Shown: positions 38,454-47,079, counted from the first letter of the stretch. The stretch: DNA of 64,000 nucleotides from Christensenellaceae bacterium (GCA_045578765.1 JAZNKV010000016.1:26796-90795); one strand, 5' to 3'. Numbers and translations: made by a program. The notes: a model not told the origin generated them from the sequence alone.

Positions 38454-39368
38454 ATGTTATATCATATCGGTATGAAAGAAAATTTATTTGTTAAAACTCA
38501 ATTATCTTGTCCAATTAATGTTTCGGGCATTTACACCGTGCATTACTTTAAGTATGGAAAAAATTTCCGTTTTGCAGAAGAATCTCACGATTTTTGGGAA
38601 TTAGTGTATATTGATAGCGGCAAAGCCAAAATTGTTAATGACGACAAGGTGTTCTATCTAACCCAAGGCAATGCGTTTTTACATATGCCAAACGCTAAAC
38701 ATACTATTTCTACTGAAGAAGACTTTGCGAACTCTGCAATTATTTCCTTTGAAAGCAAAAGTAGGTTATTAAAAAAACTTGCCGAAAAAGTGGTCGTTTT
38801 AACCGATTATGAAAAAACTTTGCTAAATAAAATTATCACCGAAGCAAAGCAAGGTTTTTTGGACAAACTTAACGACGTGCACCTTAAAAAAATGTCCAAA
38901 AACCCATTAGCTCCTATAGGATGCGAACAAGTTATCAAAAACTGTATTGAACTACTTTTCTTATCAATAATTAGAAACACTCAATCAACAAACAACTCAA
39001 CCGAAGAGATTAGCCTAAACATTAGTTCTGACCAAATTGTAGTTAACATAAGAAAAATATTAAACGAAAAACTTGATCAAGCTGAGCCAATAAACCTTGC
39101 CAATCTTTCGTATAAGTTAGGATTTAGTAAAAGCTATATTAAATCACAATTCAAAAAGAAAACGGGCTTATCAATAATCAAATATTATATCAACATGAAA
39201 ATTGACAAGGCTAAAAAGCTTCTAAGCCAACAAAAATATTCTGTTAGTGAAATTGCCGATATTCTTGGCTTTGGTTCGGTTTATTACTTTAGTAGACAGT
39301 TTAAATTGCACACCGACATGTCGCCAACTGAATATATAAATTCAATAAAAGCCGATAACGTATTATAA
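38454..39368 (+). CDS. AraC family transcriptional regulator (cupin sensor + HTH)
   Basis: It has an N-terminal cupin-like region (HDFWELVYIDSG) and a C-terminal AraC HTH (SVSEIADILGFGSVYYFSRQFK). It is divergent from the ROK/SIS operon. The start is uncertain (38454 or 38472). Confidence 0.8.
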   Translation: MLYHIGMKENLFVKTQLSCPINVSGIYTVHYFKYGKNFRFAEESHDFWELVYIDSGKAKIVNDDKVFYLTQGNAFLHMPNAKHTISTEEDFANSAIISFESKSRLLKKLAEKVVVLTDYEKTLLNKIITEAKQGFLDKLNDVHLKKMSKNPLAPIGCEQVIKNCIELLFLSIIRNTQSTNNSTEEISLNISSDQIVVNIRKILNEKLDQAEPINLANLSYKLGFSKSYIKSQFKKKTGLSIIKYYINMKIDKAKKLLSQQKYSVSEIADILGFGSVYYFSRQFKLHTDMSPTEYINSIKADNVL

Positions 39369-39376
39369 ATTTAACG

Positions 39377-39410
39377 AAAAAAAGCATCCGTAGGATGCTC
39401 TTTTTATTTT
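39377..39410. terminator. bidirectional terminator between araC-like and glucokinase genes
   Basis: agcatcc (39383-39389) pairs with ggatgct (39393-39399). It is flanked by A6 and ctttttatttt. Confidence 0.75.
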
Positions 39411-39411
39411 A

Positions 39412-40353
39412 TTAAAACACTAGCGCTGCCGCACCGATTATTCCCGCATCATTCCCTAACGACGCTGTTAAAATTTGCGTTCTTGGCGCATCTTTATAAC
39501 CATAGTCAAACTTTTCGCAATAACCTTTTAATTTGTTAATTAGATAGTCGCCTTGCCCGCTTATTCCTCCGCCAATAATAAACGCTTGAGGGCGGAAAAT
39601 ATTGAACATATTAAGCATACTTTCGCCTAAATAGCAAACGTATCTATCAACAACTGCACTTGCAGTTTTATCTCCTTGTTTTGCACACTCAAATGCAGTT
39701 CTTCCGTCAACCTTGTCTAAATCGCCCTCAACGTAAGCCCACATTAAACTTTCTTTATTGATAAGCATTGCGCTTTTGGTTTGCTTGATTAACGCTGTGG
39801 CTGAAGTGTAACATTCAACACAACCGCGCCGTCCGCAAGTACATTGTTCGCCGTCTAAAAACAAGGTTGTATGCCCAAGTTCTGCCCCGCGCGACCAACC
39901 ACCTTCAAATAGTTTACCATTTATAACCATGCCACCACCGACACCTGTTCCAAGCGTAAACATTACCGCAGTATCAACACCTTTTGCACAACCAAACAAG
40001 ACTTCCGCTAGCGTTGCAACGTTTGCGTCATTTGAAATTTTTATCGGCAAATCAAAATGTTTATTTAATAATTTTGCAATAGGAACGTTTTCCCATCCCA
40101 AGTTTGGAAGATAATCTATATTACCTGTTTCACTTGTAACTGCGCCTGGGCAACCTATCCCAATGCCATCAACAGCATTAACGTCAATATTTAGCTTTTT
40201 TAATAATTCGTTTACGTGTTCAGCAATGGTCTTAACTGCATCGTCTATACAGCTTGGCGTAACAAAACGAGATTGGCAAAGAATTTTTCCTTGTTTATCA
40301 ACAACACCAATCTTTATACTCATTCCGCCTATATCAATACCGATTGAATACAT
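39412..40353 (-). CDS. glcK: ROK family glucokinase
   Basis: GIDIGGMSIK, NDANVATLAE and the zinc motif CTCGRRGCVE. The ATG at 40353 is preceded by AGGTGGA. Confidence 0.85.
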   Translation of the reverse strand: MYSIGIDIGGMSIKIGVVDKQGKILCQSRFVTPSCIDDAVKTIAEHVNELLKKLNIDVNAVDGIGIGCPGAVTSETGNIDYLPNLGWENVPIAKLLNKHFDLPIKISNDANVATLAEVLFGCAKGVDTAVMFTLGTGVGGGMVINGKLFEGGWSRGAELGHTTLFLDGEQCTCGRRGCVECYTSATALIKQTKSAMLINKESLMWAYVEGDLDKVDGRTAFECAKQGDKTASAVVDRYVCYLGESMLNMFNIFRPQAFIIGGGISGQGDYLINKLKGYCEKFDYGYKDAPRTQILTASLGNDAGIIGAAALVF

Positions 40354-40555
40354 ATTTCCACCTATATTCATATAATTTATTTCAATATAATACAATATAT
40401 ATTAATAATTATATTTTATTTTGAATATTTGGTCAAGCAATATGCAAAACATGTCTTATATTTTGATATAGAATAAAAAAATCAACTGTATTTTTCTACA
40501 TTTTTAGCAATATTAAAAAAAAATAAAAAAATTTTGAAAAACCACTAAAAAACAC

Positions 40556-40584
40556 TTGCCTTTTAATTCTAAATTTGGTATATT
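40556..40584 (+). promoter_or_regulatory. putative promoter of the tRNA cluster
   Basis: TTGCCT 40556-40561, 17-nt spacer, TATATT 40579-40584. It lies about 20 nt upstream of tRNA-Val. Confidence 0.4.
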
Positions 40585-40604
40585 ATATCAGCAATGACGA
40601 ACAC

Positions 40605-40680
40605 GGAAGCATAGCTCAGCTGGGAGAGCATCTGCCTTACAAGCAGAGGGTCATAGGTTCGAGCCCTATTGTTTCCACCA
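40605..40680 (+). tRNA. tRNA-Val (anticodon UAC)
   Basis: Hand-folded cloverleaf. The acceptor is ggaagca/tgtttcc, the anticodon loop is cuUACaa, and the T-loop is ggttcgagcc. CCA is encoded. 76 nt. Confidence 0.93.
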
Positions 40681-40703
40681 AATCGTCATTGCACCATCAT
40701 GGT

Positions 40704-40778
40704 GCGGGAATGGCTCAGTGGTAGAGCGTCGCCTTGCCAAGGCGAATGTCGCGAGTTCGAATCTCGTTTCCCGCTCCA
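40704..40778 (+). tRNA. tRNA-Gly (anticodon GCC)
   Basis: Acceptor gcgggaa/ttcccgc, anticodon loop uuGCCaa, T-loop gttcgaatc. CCA encoded. 75 nt. Confidence 0.93.
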
Positions 40779-40810
40779 TTTTTTTATTTTTAGGAGTTTT
40801 ATTCCTATTC

Positions 40811-40884
40811 GGCGCCATCGCCAAGTGGTAAGGCCCGGGTCTGCAAAACCCTTACCCCCAGTTCGAATCTGGGTGGCGCCTCCA
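40811..40884 (+). tRNA. tRNA-Cys (anticodon GCA)
   Basis: Acceptor ggcgcca/tggcgcc, anticodon loop cuGCAaa, T-arm cccag-ttcgaat-ctggg, discriminator U. CCA encoded. 74 nt. Confidence 0.92.
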
Positions 40885-40886
40885 AA

Positions 40887-40918
40887 AAAACTCCTCGCTA
40901 TTTTTAGCGTGGAGTTTT
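40887..40918 (+). other. hairpin between tRNA-Cys and tRNA-Leu (processing or partial-termination element)
   Basis: aaaactcc-t-cgct (40887-40899) pairs with agcg-t-ggagtttt (40906-40918), 12 bp with one mismatch. It lies 16 nt before tRNA-Leu. Confidence 0.5.
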
Positions 40919-40934
40919 ATTTCTAAATCGCGTC

Positions 40935-41021
40935 GCCGCTGTGGCGGAATAGGCAGACGCAAGGGACTTAAAATCCCTCGGAGTAACATCCGTGCCGGTT
41001 CAAGTCCGGCCAGCGGCACCA
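40935..41021 (+). tRNA. tRNA-Leu (anticodon UAA), class II with a long variable arm
   Basis: Acceptor gccgctg/cagcggc, anticodon loop cuUAAaa, long variable arm, T-loop ggttcaagtcc. CCA encoded. 87 nt. Confidence 0.93.
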
Positions 41022-41022
41022 C

Positions 41023-41059
41023 GAAAATCGTTAGGTTTACCTAGCGATTTTCTTTTTTT
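41023..41059 (+). terminator. rho-independent terminator of the tRNA operon
   Basis: A 13-bp stem (41023-41035 with 41040-41052, one G-U pair) has a 4-nt loop and is followed by T7 (41053-41059). Confidence 0.85.
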
Positions 41060-41130
41060 CGCTAAACCGACAAAAAGCTTTGTCGATTTGGTAATTTTTA
41101 CAATAATAAATTAATTACATTGACCTTTTC

Positions 41131-41427
41131 TCACATACAAATCATATTATATAGTAGGTTATCATATGAGAGAGATTTTTCGGTTAAAACTGAATTATTT
41201 TCGTGGCATTGATAAATGAAAAAGCAATAGCCTTGCACGTTATCGTTCTCGTCAACAGAAACTAAAATCGGTCTGGTTTCGTCTTTCAAAATCGCCTATA
41301 ATTCTTCGGTAGAATATTTAGTGCCGACCTTAAAAATATCAGGTCTACCCTCATGATGAACCAAACACACTTGCTTTAATAAATCAATAATTTTAGGTAT
41401 ATCCTTTTCAATTGCTCTTCTTATCAT
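41131..41427 (-). pseudogene. decayed GNAT-family N-acetyltransferase gene (in-frame TAG and 3' truncation)
   Basis: Hand translation from the ATG at 41427 (AAGGA SD upstream) gives MIRRAIEKDIPKIIDLLKQVCLVHHEGRPDIFKVGTKYSTEEL. A TAG follows at 41296-41298, then AILKDETRPILVSVDENDNVQGYCFFIY... ending at TGA 41131-41133. The reading frame is only 98 codons and lacks the acetyl-CoA-binding motif A region expected in a 150-170 aa GNAT. Confidence 0.5.
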
Positions 41428-41435
41428 TTTTATCC

Positions 41436-41972
41436 TTAATATTTTACCTTATATCCTTTTTCTAAATCTAATTGATACAAAACCTTATCTACATCTTCAA
41501 ACTTAATGTTAGGGCAAACTTTTTCATTATACGAATAACAATCTTTTATGTATTTGATATATAACTCAAATTGCTTTTTATTTGCATTTTTACCATAAAA
41601 TGTAGGCAGTTCTTCCCCATACAGTTCTCTATACGCCCTTTGATCGATAATAGGAAATGTTTCAGGATAAAACATTTTTAATATTGTGCTCGCCATAGCA
41701 ATTTTAATGCCATTTGTTTCTAACAAACCAATTACTATACTTTCAACTTCTTTTTCTTTCTCATTAAATAAATCGGGGGTTATCTTTAATTTTTTTATAA
41801 ATGCAAATAATTTTGTGTCTACATTAACTTGCCTATTTATTTTCCATAAAACAATGGAATTAATTATGTCCCTATTTTCCGTTTCGTTTTCGCCAGAACT
41901 ATTTTTAATTCTTTCTATAATTTCTTTATCCTCTGCGTAAGAATAACGCTCTAATATATTATTAAAATCCAT
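41436..41972 (-). CDS. hypothetical protein; pattern resembles the 'OGG-fold' HhH-like family of uncharacterised proteins
   Basis: 178 aa. LWKINRQ...GIKIAMASTILKMFYPETFPIIDQRAYREL...YIKYI...KVLYQLD matches my recollection of proteins annotated as 8-oxoguanine DNA glycosylase OGG-fold proteins. Not verified. Confidence 0.55.
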   Translation of the reverse strand: MDFNNILERYSYAEDKEIIERIKNSSGENETENRDIINSIVLWKINRQVNVDTKLFAFIKKLKITPDLFNEKEKEVESIVIGLLETNGIKIAMASTILKMFYPETFPIIDQRAYRELYGEELPTFYGKNANKKQFELYIKYIKDCYSYNEKVCPNIKFEDVDKVLYQLDLEKGYKVKY

Positions 41973-41984
41973 TTTTATTCCCTT

Positions 41985-43673
41985 TTATTTCTCCATTCCA
42001 CACGAGTAGCATTGTTTGGATAGCATTTCTTCGTTTTTGATAGTGCTATATAATCTAAAACCACCTGCAAAGTTGTAGGCATCAAAGCCGTTTTGCGTTA
42101 AAATGCGAGTTGCAAGATAACTGCGCAAGCCACTTTGACACATTACGTAGATTTTTTTAGTTTTATCAAGTTCGCTTAAACGCTCTCTTAAATCGTCAAG
42201 TGGAATATTTATAAAATCTTCTGCATGACCACGCAGATATTCAAAAGGTGTGCGAGTATCAAGCAAAATTGCGTCTTTTCTTTCTCTTAAAGACGGAATA
42301 TCTTCATAGTAAAACTGCTTAACTATGCCGTTTTTGATGTTTTCCACAACGAAACCTGCCATATTTACGGGATCTTTTGCAGAAGAATACGGCGGAGCGT
42401 AAGCAAGGTCTAAATCTTTTAGTTCATAGGCTTTCACACCTACCCTAATTGCCGTTGCAATAACGTCAATGCGTTTATCAACTCCGTCATAGCCGATAAT
42501 TTGCGCGCCTAAAATCTTATAGGTCGACTTTTCAAAAATGAGTTTTAAGGTCATTGCCGTTGCATTTGGATAATAGCCTGCGTGTGAGTTTTGCGTTAAA
42601 ATAACCTTTTCGTATTCAACGCCGTTTGCTTTTGCTTGCTGTTCGTTAATACCAGTAGTCGCCACCGTCATATCAAATAGTTTAATAACTGACGAGCCTT
42701 GCGATCCTTTATATTCGCTGTTTAACCCACAAATATTATCGGCAACTATTCGCCCTTGCTTGTTGGCAGGTCCTGCAAGTGAAATTACTGAATCCTTATC
42801 GGTTATAAAATGTTTAACTTCAACTGCATCCCCAACTGCATAGATATCGGGAATTGAAGTTTCCATTTTTGAGTTGACTTTAATTGCGCCTTTAACGCCG
42901 AGTTCCAAGCCTATTTTTTTGGCAAGCGTATTTTCGGGGGTAACGCCAACTGCAAGCACAACCATATCAACGCTTATACTTGAGCCGTTATCAAAGTCAA
43001 GCGAAACTTGTTCGCCTGTAATACTCATTTTATTTGTGTTAGTGTTTAGTAACAACTGTACGCCGTGGTGACGCATTTTAGCGTGGATAAACGACGCCAT
43101 ATCACAGTCAACCGTCGGTAAAAGATGATTAGAGCGTTGCACGATAGTCGTTTTAATGCCTAATTCCGCAAGGTTTTCTGCCATTTCAAGACCGATAAAG
43201 CCACCGCCTATAACAACTGCCGTTTTAGGCTCAAATTGTTCTACAAATGCACGAATTTTAAGCGTATCTTCTACGGTGCGAAGTGTGAACGTTCTTTCGT
43301 TTTCAGTATAGAAATCGGGCAATATCGGTTTTGCGCCAGGTGATAAAATGAGTTTATCGTATTTCTCGGTAAAACTCGTTCCCGTTTTCAAGTCGGTGAC
43401 TTTGACGGTTTTATTTTGCACATCAATATCAGTTACTTCATGATTAACTTTAGCAACTATTCTAAAACGACGAAATAAACTTTCGGGAGTTTGAAGTGTC
43501 AAATCTTCCTTATCTTCAATAACGCCACCGATATAATACGGCAAACCACAGTTTGCGTATGAAATAAAGCCCGAACGCTCATAAATAATAATTTCTGCGT
43601 GTTCGTTGAGTCTTCTTATTCTTGCACTAGCCGTTGCGCCACCTGCAACCCCACCCACAATTATAATTTTCAT
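41985..43673 (-). CDS. CoA-disulfide reductase / NADH oxidase-family flavoprotein with a C-terminal rhodanese domain
   Basis: FAD motif GGVAGGATAS, redox Cys SYANCGLPYY, NAD motif VIGGGFIGLE, rhodanese active site CQSGLRS. The ATG at 43673 has AAGGAG 9 nt upstream. Confidence 0.85.
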   Translation of the reverse strand: MKIIIVGGVAGGATASARIRRLNEHAEIIIYERSGFISYANCGLPYYIGGVIEDKEDLTLQTPESLFRRFRIVAKVNHEVTDIDVQNKTVKVTDLKTGTSFTEKYDKLILSPGAKPILPDFYTENERTFTLRTVEDTLKIRAFVEQFEPKTAVVIGGGFIGLEMAENLAELGIKTTIVQRSNHLLPTVDCDMASFIHAKMRHHGVQLLLNTNTNKMSITGEQVSLDFDNGSSISVDMVVLAVGVTPENTLAKKIGLELGVKGAIKVNSKMETSIPDIYAVGDAVEVKHFITDKDSVISLAGPANKQGRIVADNICGLNSEYKGSQGSSVIKLFDMTVATTGINEQQAKANGVEYEKVILTQNSHAGYYPNATAMTLKLIFEKSTYKILGAQIIGYDGVDKRIDVIATAIRVGVKAYELKDLDLAYAPPYSSAKDPVNMAGFVVENIKNGIVKQFYYEDIPSLRERKDAILLDTRTPFEYLRGHAEDFINIPLDDLRERLSELDKTKKIYVMCQSGLRSYLATRILTQNGFDAYNFAGGFRLYSTIKNEEMLSKQCYSCGMEK

Positions 43674-43810
43674 AAATAGCAACTCCTTTGGTTTTTATGC
43701 TTTGCTTATCGCTTTTTTGATTATTTCAAATGTTACCTTTATCAGCAAACGCCTATGCTTTAAAAAATTTTAATTAAGTTATAAAACCTTCTTAAACTTT
43801 TGTATATGCC

Positions 43811-44371
43811 CTACTTCAACTTTAAGCCATCACTAAAAGCTTGCCCTACTTTTTCGCCAAAAGTATAATAACCATGCGTATCACAATCAAAACACAAAGG
43901 CTTAAATTTAGTTAAGTCAACTTTATCTTTATCGGTTAAAATATTTTCGTCAGCTTGAACGTTTACAACCCTACCAATACAAACCTCGCTATCCTGATCA
44001 TAACTAACAAGTTCGCATTCAAGTGAAAGCGGAAACTCTTGTATAATAGGTGCGTTTACAAACTCACCTCTTACATGATGCCAGCCAGTTCTTTCAAACT
44101 TATTAGTTATTTTATTGCCAGAAACCACGCCAACGTAATCAGCCGGAACAACGTTCTTTACATCAGCAAACGCTACTGTAAACTGTTTATTAAGTTTAAT
44201 ATTCTTCATGGTTTTATGCCCAGATGAAATACAAATCGACACCAAATTTTCGTCACAAACAGTTCCCCAAGCAGCGTTCATTGCGTTGGGATTGCCCTTT
44301 TCGTCATAGGTGCCGATAATTAGCACGGGTAGTGGGTACATATATGCTTTGGGTTTTAAATTCTTCTTCAT
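43811..44371 (-). CDS. flavin reductase family protein (flavoredoxin-like)
   Basis: 186 aa. The YPLPVLIIGTYDEKGNPNAMNAAWG pattern is typical of the FMN-binding split barrel. Confidence 0.78.
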   Translation of the reverse strand: MKKNLKPKAYMYPLPVLIIGTYDEKGNPNAMNAAWGTVCDENLVSICISSGHKTMKNIKLNKQFTVAFADVKNVVPADYVGVVSGNKITNKFERTGWHHVRGEFVNAPIIQEFPLSLECELVSYDQDSEVCIGRVVNVQADENILTDKDKVDLTKFKPLCFDCDTHGYYTFGEKVGQAFSDGLKLK

Positions 44372-44454
44372 GGTTTTCTCCTTTTGATTATTATATCATA
44401 CTCAAATACTACTTACAATAAATATAAAATTTTTTATATTGATTTTTAGGTTTT

Positions 44455-44483
44455 AATAACAAAAAGGTTGGCTTTTGCCAACC
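44455..44483 (-). terminator. terminator after tRNA-Leu(CAG)
   Basis: ggttggc (44466-44472) pairs with gccaacc (44477-44483), loop tttt. A T5 run follows on the minus strand. Confidence 0.7.
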
Positions 44484-44486
44484 CTA

Positions 44487-44569
44487 TGGTGCGGATAACA
44501 GGATTTGAACCTGCACGGTCGCCCACTAGAATCTGAATCTAGCGCGTCTGCCAGTTCCGCCATATCCGC
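44487..44569 (-). tRNA. tRNA-Leu (anticodon CAG), class II
   Basis: The reverse complement folds with acceptor gcggata/tatccgc, anticodon stem ctaga/tctag, loop uuCAGau and T-loop ggttcaaatcc. CCA encoded. 83 nt. Coordinates may be off by 1. Confidence 0.9.
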
Positions 44570-44626
44570 AAACTTTTAATAAATAAAACAATTATATTTC
44601 ATTTATTATAGTTTTGCTAAATAATT

Positions 44627-44911
44627 TTATATTTCGTAATCAATCGCAACGCTCGATTGCCTTACAGCGTGCATGTGCTTTTTTACGACGCCACAGTGAT
44701 AAGGATCTTCTTGATAGTCGTTAAGCGCGTTCATATCGTCAACGATTACCGTAAGCATTACGTCGTAAGAACGTGATGAATGCAAGCAGTCAACGCCAAC
44801 TTCTATATCTCTTATCATAGGTACGTTTCCTTTCATTGAAAGCAAAACTTCTTTAGCCTTTTCGGCACTTTCCCCTTCTTTTAACTTAAAGCATACAACG
44901 TGTTTTAACAT
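44627..44911 (-). CDS. Dabb (stress-responsive alpha/beta barrel) family protein
   Basis: 94 aa. MLKHVVCFKLKEG...DYQEDPYH is typical of the Dabb domain. Confidence 0.8.
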   Translation of the reverse strand: MLKHVVCFKLKEGESAEKAKEVLLSMKGNVPMIRDIEVGVDCLHSSRSYDVMLTVIVDDMNALNDYQEDPYHCGVVKKHMHAVRQSSVAIDYEI

Positions 44912-44921
44912 AACATCTCCT

Positions 44922-45974
44922 TTAATCTAATGCAACTACAGCGCTTGCATTAAGCGACAAATCGGCAAAATTTCCTCTTACGTATTGCAAATATCCTTCC
45001 GCGCCTATCATTGCGCCGTTGTCAGTACAATATCTTTTTTCTGGTATAACAAGTTTAATATTCTTGCCCTCAACTGCTTTTGAAAGAGCTAAACGCAAGT
45101 ATCCGTTAGCACCAACACCGCCCGAAACAGCAATAGTATTATATCCCGTTAATTCAACTGCTTTTATCGCCTTTTCAACAAGTACATCAATAGCAGAGCA
45201 TTGGAAACTACAAGCTAGATCCGCTTTGTTTATTTCATTGCCACGCGCTGTTTCGTTGTTCACGTGGTTAATAACGGCAGTCTTTAAACCGCTATATGAA
45301 AAGTCATACTCGCTACCCACATAGTTTTTTAACATTTTTGGGAGCTTAATGACGTTTTTCCCTTCTTTTGCAAGGCGCTCAACGTTAGGTCCACCTGGAT
45401 AAGATAACCCCAGCACTCTTGCAACCTTGTCAAACGCTTCGCCAACAGCATCGTCCAACGTGCTACCCAAAACTTTTATTTTGTAATAATCTTCTACTGC
45501 AACGATTGCCGTATGTCCACCGCTAGCAAGAATGGTTATAAACGGTGGTTCAAGCGTTTTATCAGCCAAATATGACGCAGCAATATGCCCCCTTATGTGA
45601 CTGACGGGAACAAGTGGTTTATTTGCTGAAAATGCTAAAGATTTTGCGAAAGACACCCCTACTAAAAGCGCACCTAAAAGCCCTGCGCCTTCTGTTACTG
45701 CAAACGCATCAATATCATTTAAACTTAAGTTTGCATTTTTAAGTGCATTTTTTGTGGCAATAAGTATTGCAGACGTGTGCGTTCTTGATGCAATTTCAGG
45801 CACAACACCGCCAAAGCGCGCGTGCTCGGTTGCCGAACTAATAATTTCATCCGCTAATATTTCTCTACCGTTTTTGATTATCGCAACCGCCGTTTCGTCA
45901 CAAGACGTTTCAATACCCATTATGATTGCATCTTTTTTAGGCGCGTGCTCTTTAATCTTATCAAAGTAACTCAT
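44922..45974 (-). CDS. tsaD: tRNA N6-adenosine threonylcarbamoyltransferase TsaD
   Basis: GIETSCDET, HIRGHI and SGGVGAN motifs. Its start overlaps the prfB stop (ATGA). Confidence 0.92.
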   Translation of the reverse strand: MSYFDKIKEHAPKKDAIIMGIETSCDETAVAIIKNGREILADEIISSATEHARFGGVVPEIASRTHTSAILIATKNALKNANLSLNDIDAFAVTEGAGLLGALLVGVSFAKSLAFSANKPLVPVSHIRGHIAASYLADKTLEPPFITILASGGHTAIVAVEDYYKIKVLGSTLDDAVGEAFDKVARVLGLSYPGGPNVERLAKEGKNVIKLPKMLKNYVGSEYDFSYSGLKTAVINHVNNETARGNEINKADLACSFQCSAIDVLVEKAIKAVELTGYNTIAVSGGVGANGYLRLALSKAVEGKNIKLVIPEKRYCTDNGAMIGAEGYLQYVRGNFADLSLNASAVVALD

Positions 45975-47072
45975 TGTGATTTTTTCAAATAATCGTTTAT
46001 AAAACCTTGTATATTTCCGTTCATAACAGAGTTAACGTCAGTAATTTCAAACCCTGTTCTATGATCTTTAACTAAAGTGTATGGGCAGAAAACGTAACTG
46101 CGAATTTGACTGCCCCATTCTATCTTTTTGATTTCACCCTTTATTTCTTGGTCTTGCTCCATACGTTCTGCTTCACGCTTTTCTATAAGCTTACTGATAA
46201 GCATTCTCATTGCCATTTCACGATTTTGAGTTTGACTGCGCTCGTTTTGACAAGCAACGACAATACCAGTTGATAAGTGCGTTATTCTTATTGCAGATTC
46301 GGTTTTATTTACGTGCTGACCGCCAGCACCACTCGAGCGGAAAGTGTCAACCTTTAATTCGTCAGGGCTAATTTTTATTTCTTCGTCATCTTCAATTTCC
46401 GGCATAACTTCAAGTGAAGCAAACGACGTGTGACGACGCTTGTTTGCGTCAAAAGGTGAAATCCTAACAAGCCTATGAACGCCTTTTTCCGCCTTTAAAT
46501 ATCCGTATGCACAATCACCTTCTATCTTGAACGAAACTGACTTAATACCTGCTTCATCACCCGCCAAGCGGTCAAGTTCGGTTAACGTGTAGCCGTTCTT
46601 TTCTGCGTAATACATGTACATGCGGTAAAGCATTTCCGTCCAGTCGCACGCTTCTGTGCCACCTGCACCAGCATGCAACGTTAAAAGCGCGTTTAGTTTA
46701 TCATATTTGCCTTTAAGAAGCGCAGAAAGACGCATTTCTTCTATCGTTTTTTCAACTTCAATAAGTTCCGAACTTAATTCTTCCAAAATGCTCTCGTCAT
46801 TTTCTTCTTCAGCAAGATCAACCAAATCTTCGGCATCAAAAATCGTTTTTTCCGCTTTAGAAAAAGCCGTAACTTTATTTGTCAAAAACGCAATTTCCTT
46901 AGATATTTGCTGTGATTTAGCAAGGTCGGTATATATTTCGGGGGTTTGAGAAAGGTTTATCTTTTCTTCTAACTCTAAACGCAAATTATCAACGTCAAAG
47001 AGAGTGTCCCGTCTCGCTAAGGATACCTTTTAATTCTTTAATTTTAATCTTAAATTCTTCGCTCTTGATCAT
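45971..47072 (-). CDS. prfB: peptide chain release factor 2, expressed through a programmed +1 frameshift
   Basis: ORF0 runs ATG 47072 ... CTT TGA (TGA 46995-46997; MIKSEEFKIKIKELKGILSETGHSL). The +1 frame continues DVDNLRLELEEK... into the 337-aa ORF, which carries SPF and GGQ motifs. The ATG has AGGTGA upstream. Confidence 0.9.
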
Positions 47073-47079
47073 ATATCAC

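Noticed and set aside
40669-40926. 85-aa plus-strand ORF in the ORF track
   Set aside because: It lies entirely across tRNA-Val, tRNA-Gly and tRNA-Cys. The tRNA cloverleaves explain the sequence. The ORF has no SD and starts with TTG inside the tRNA-Val acceptor stem.
41296-41298. In-frame TAG in the GNAT gene as a recoded (pyrrolysine-type) codon
   Set aside because: TAG terminates bona fide genes in this window (for example secA). No pyl genes are seen, and the gene is also truncated at its 3' end, which fits a pseudogene.
41022-44486. Genomic island or integrated element between tRNA-Leu(UAA) and tRNA-Leu(CAG)
   Set aside because: There is no integrase, recombinase or transposase. I found no direct repeat of either tRNA 3' end, and the genes are ordinary redox enzymes. 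Only the truncated GNAT gene hints at a past rearrangement.
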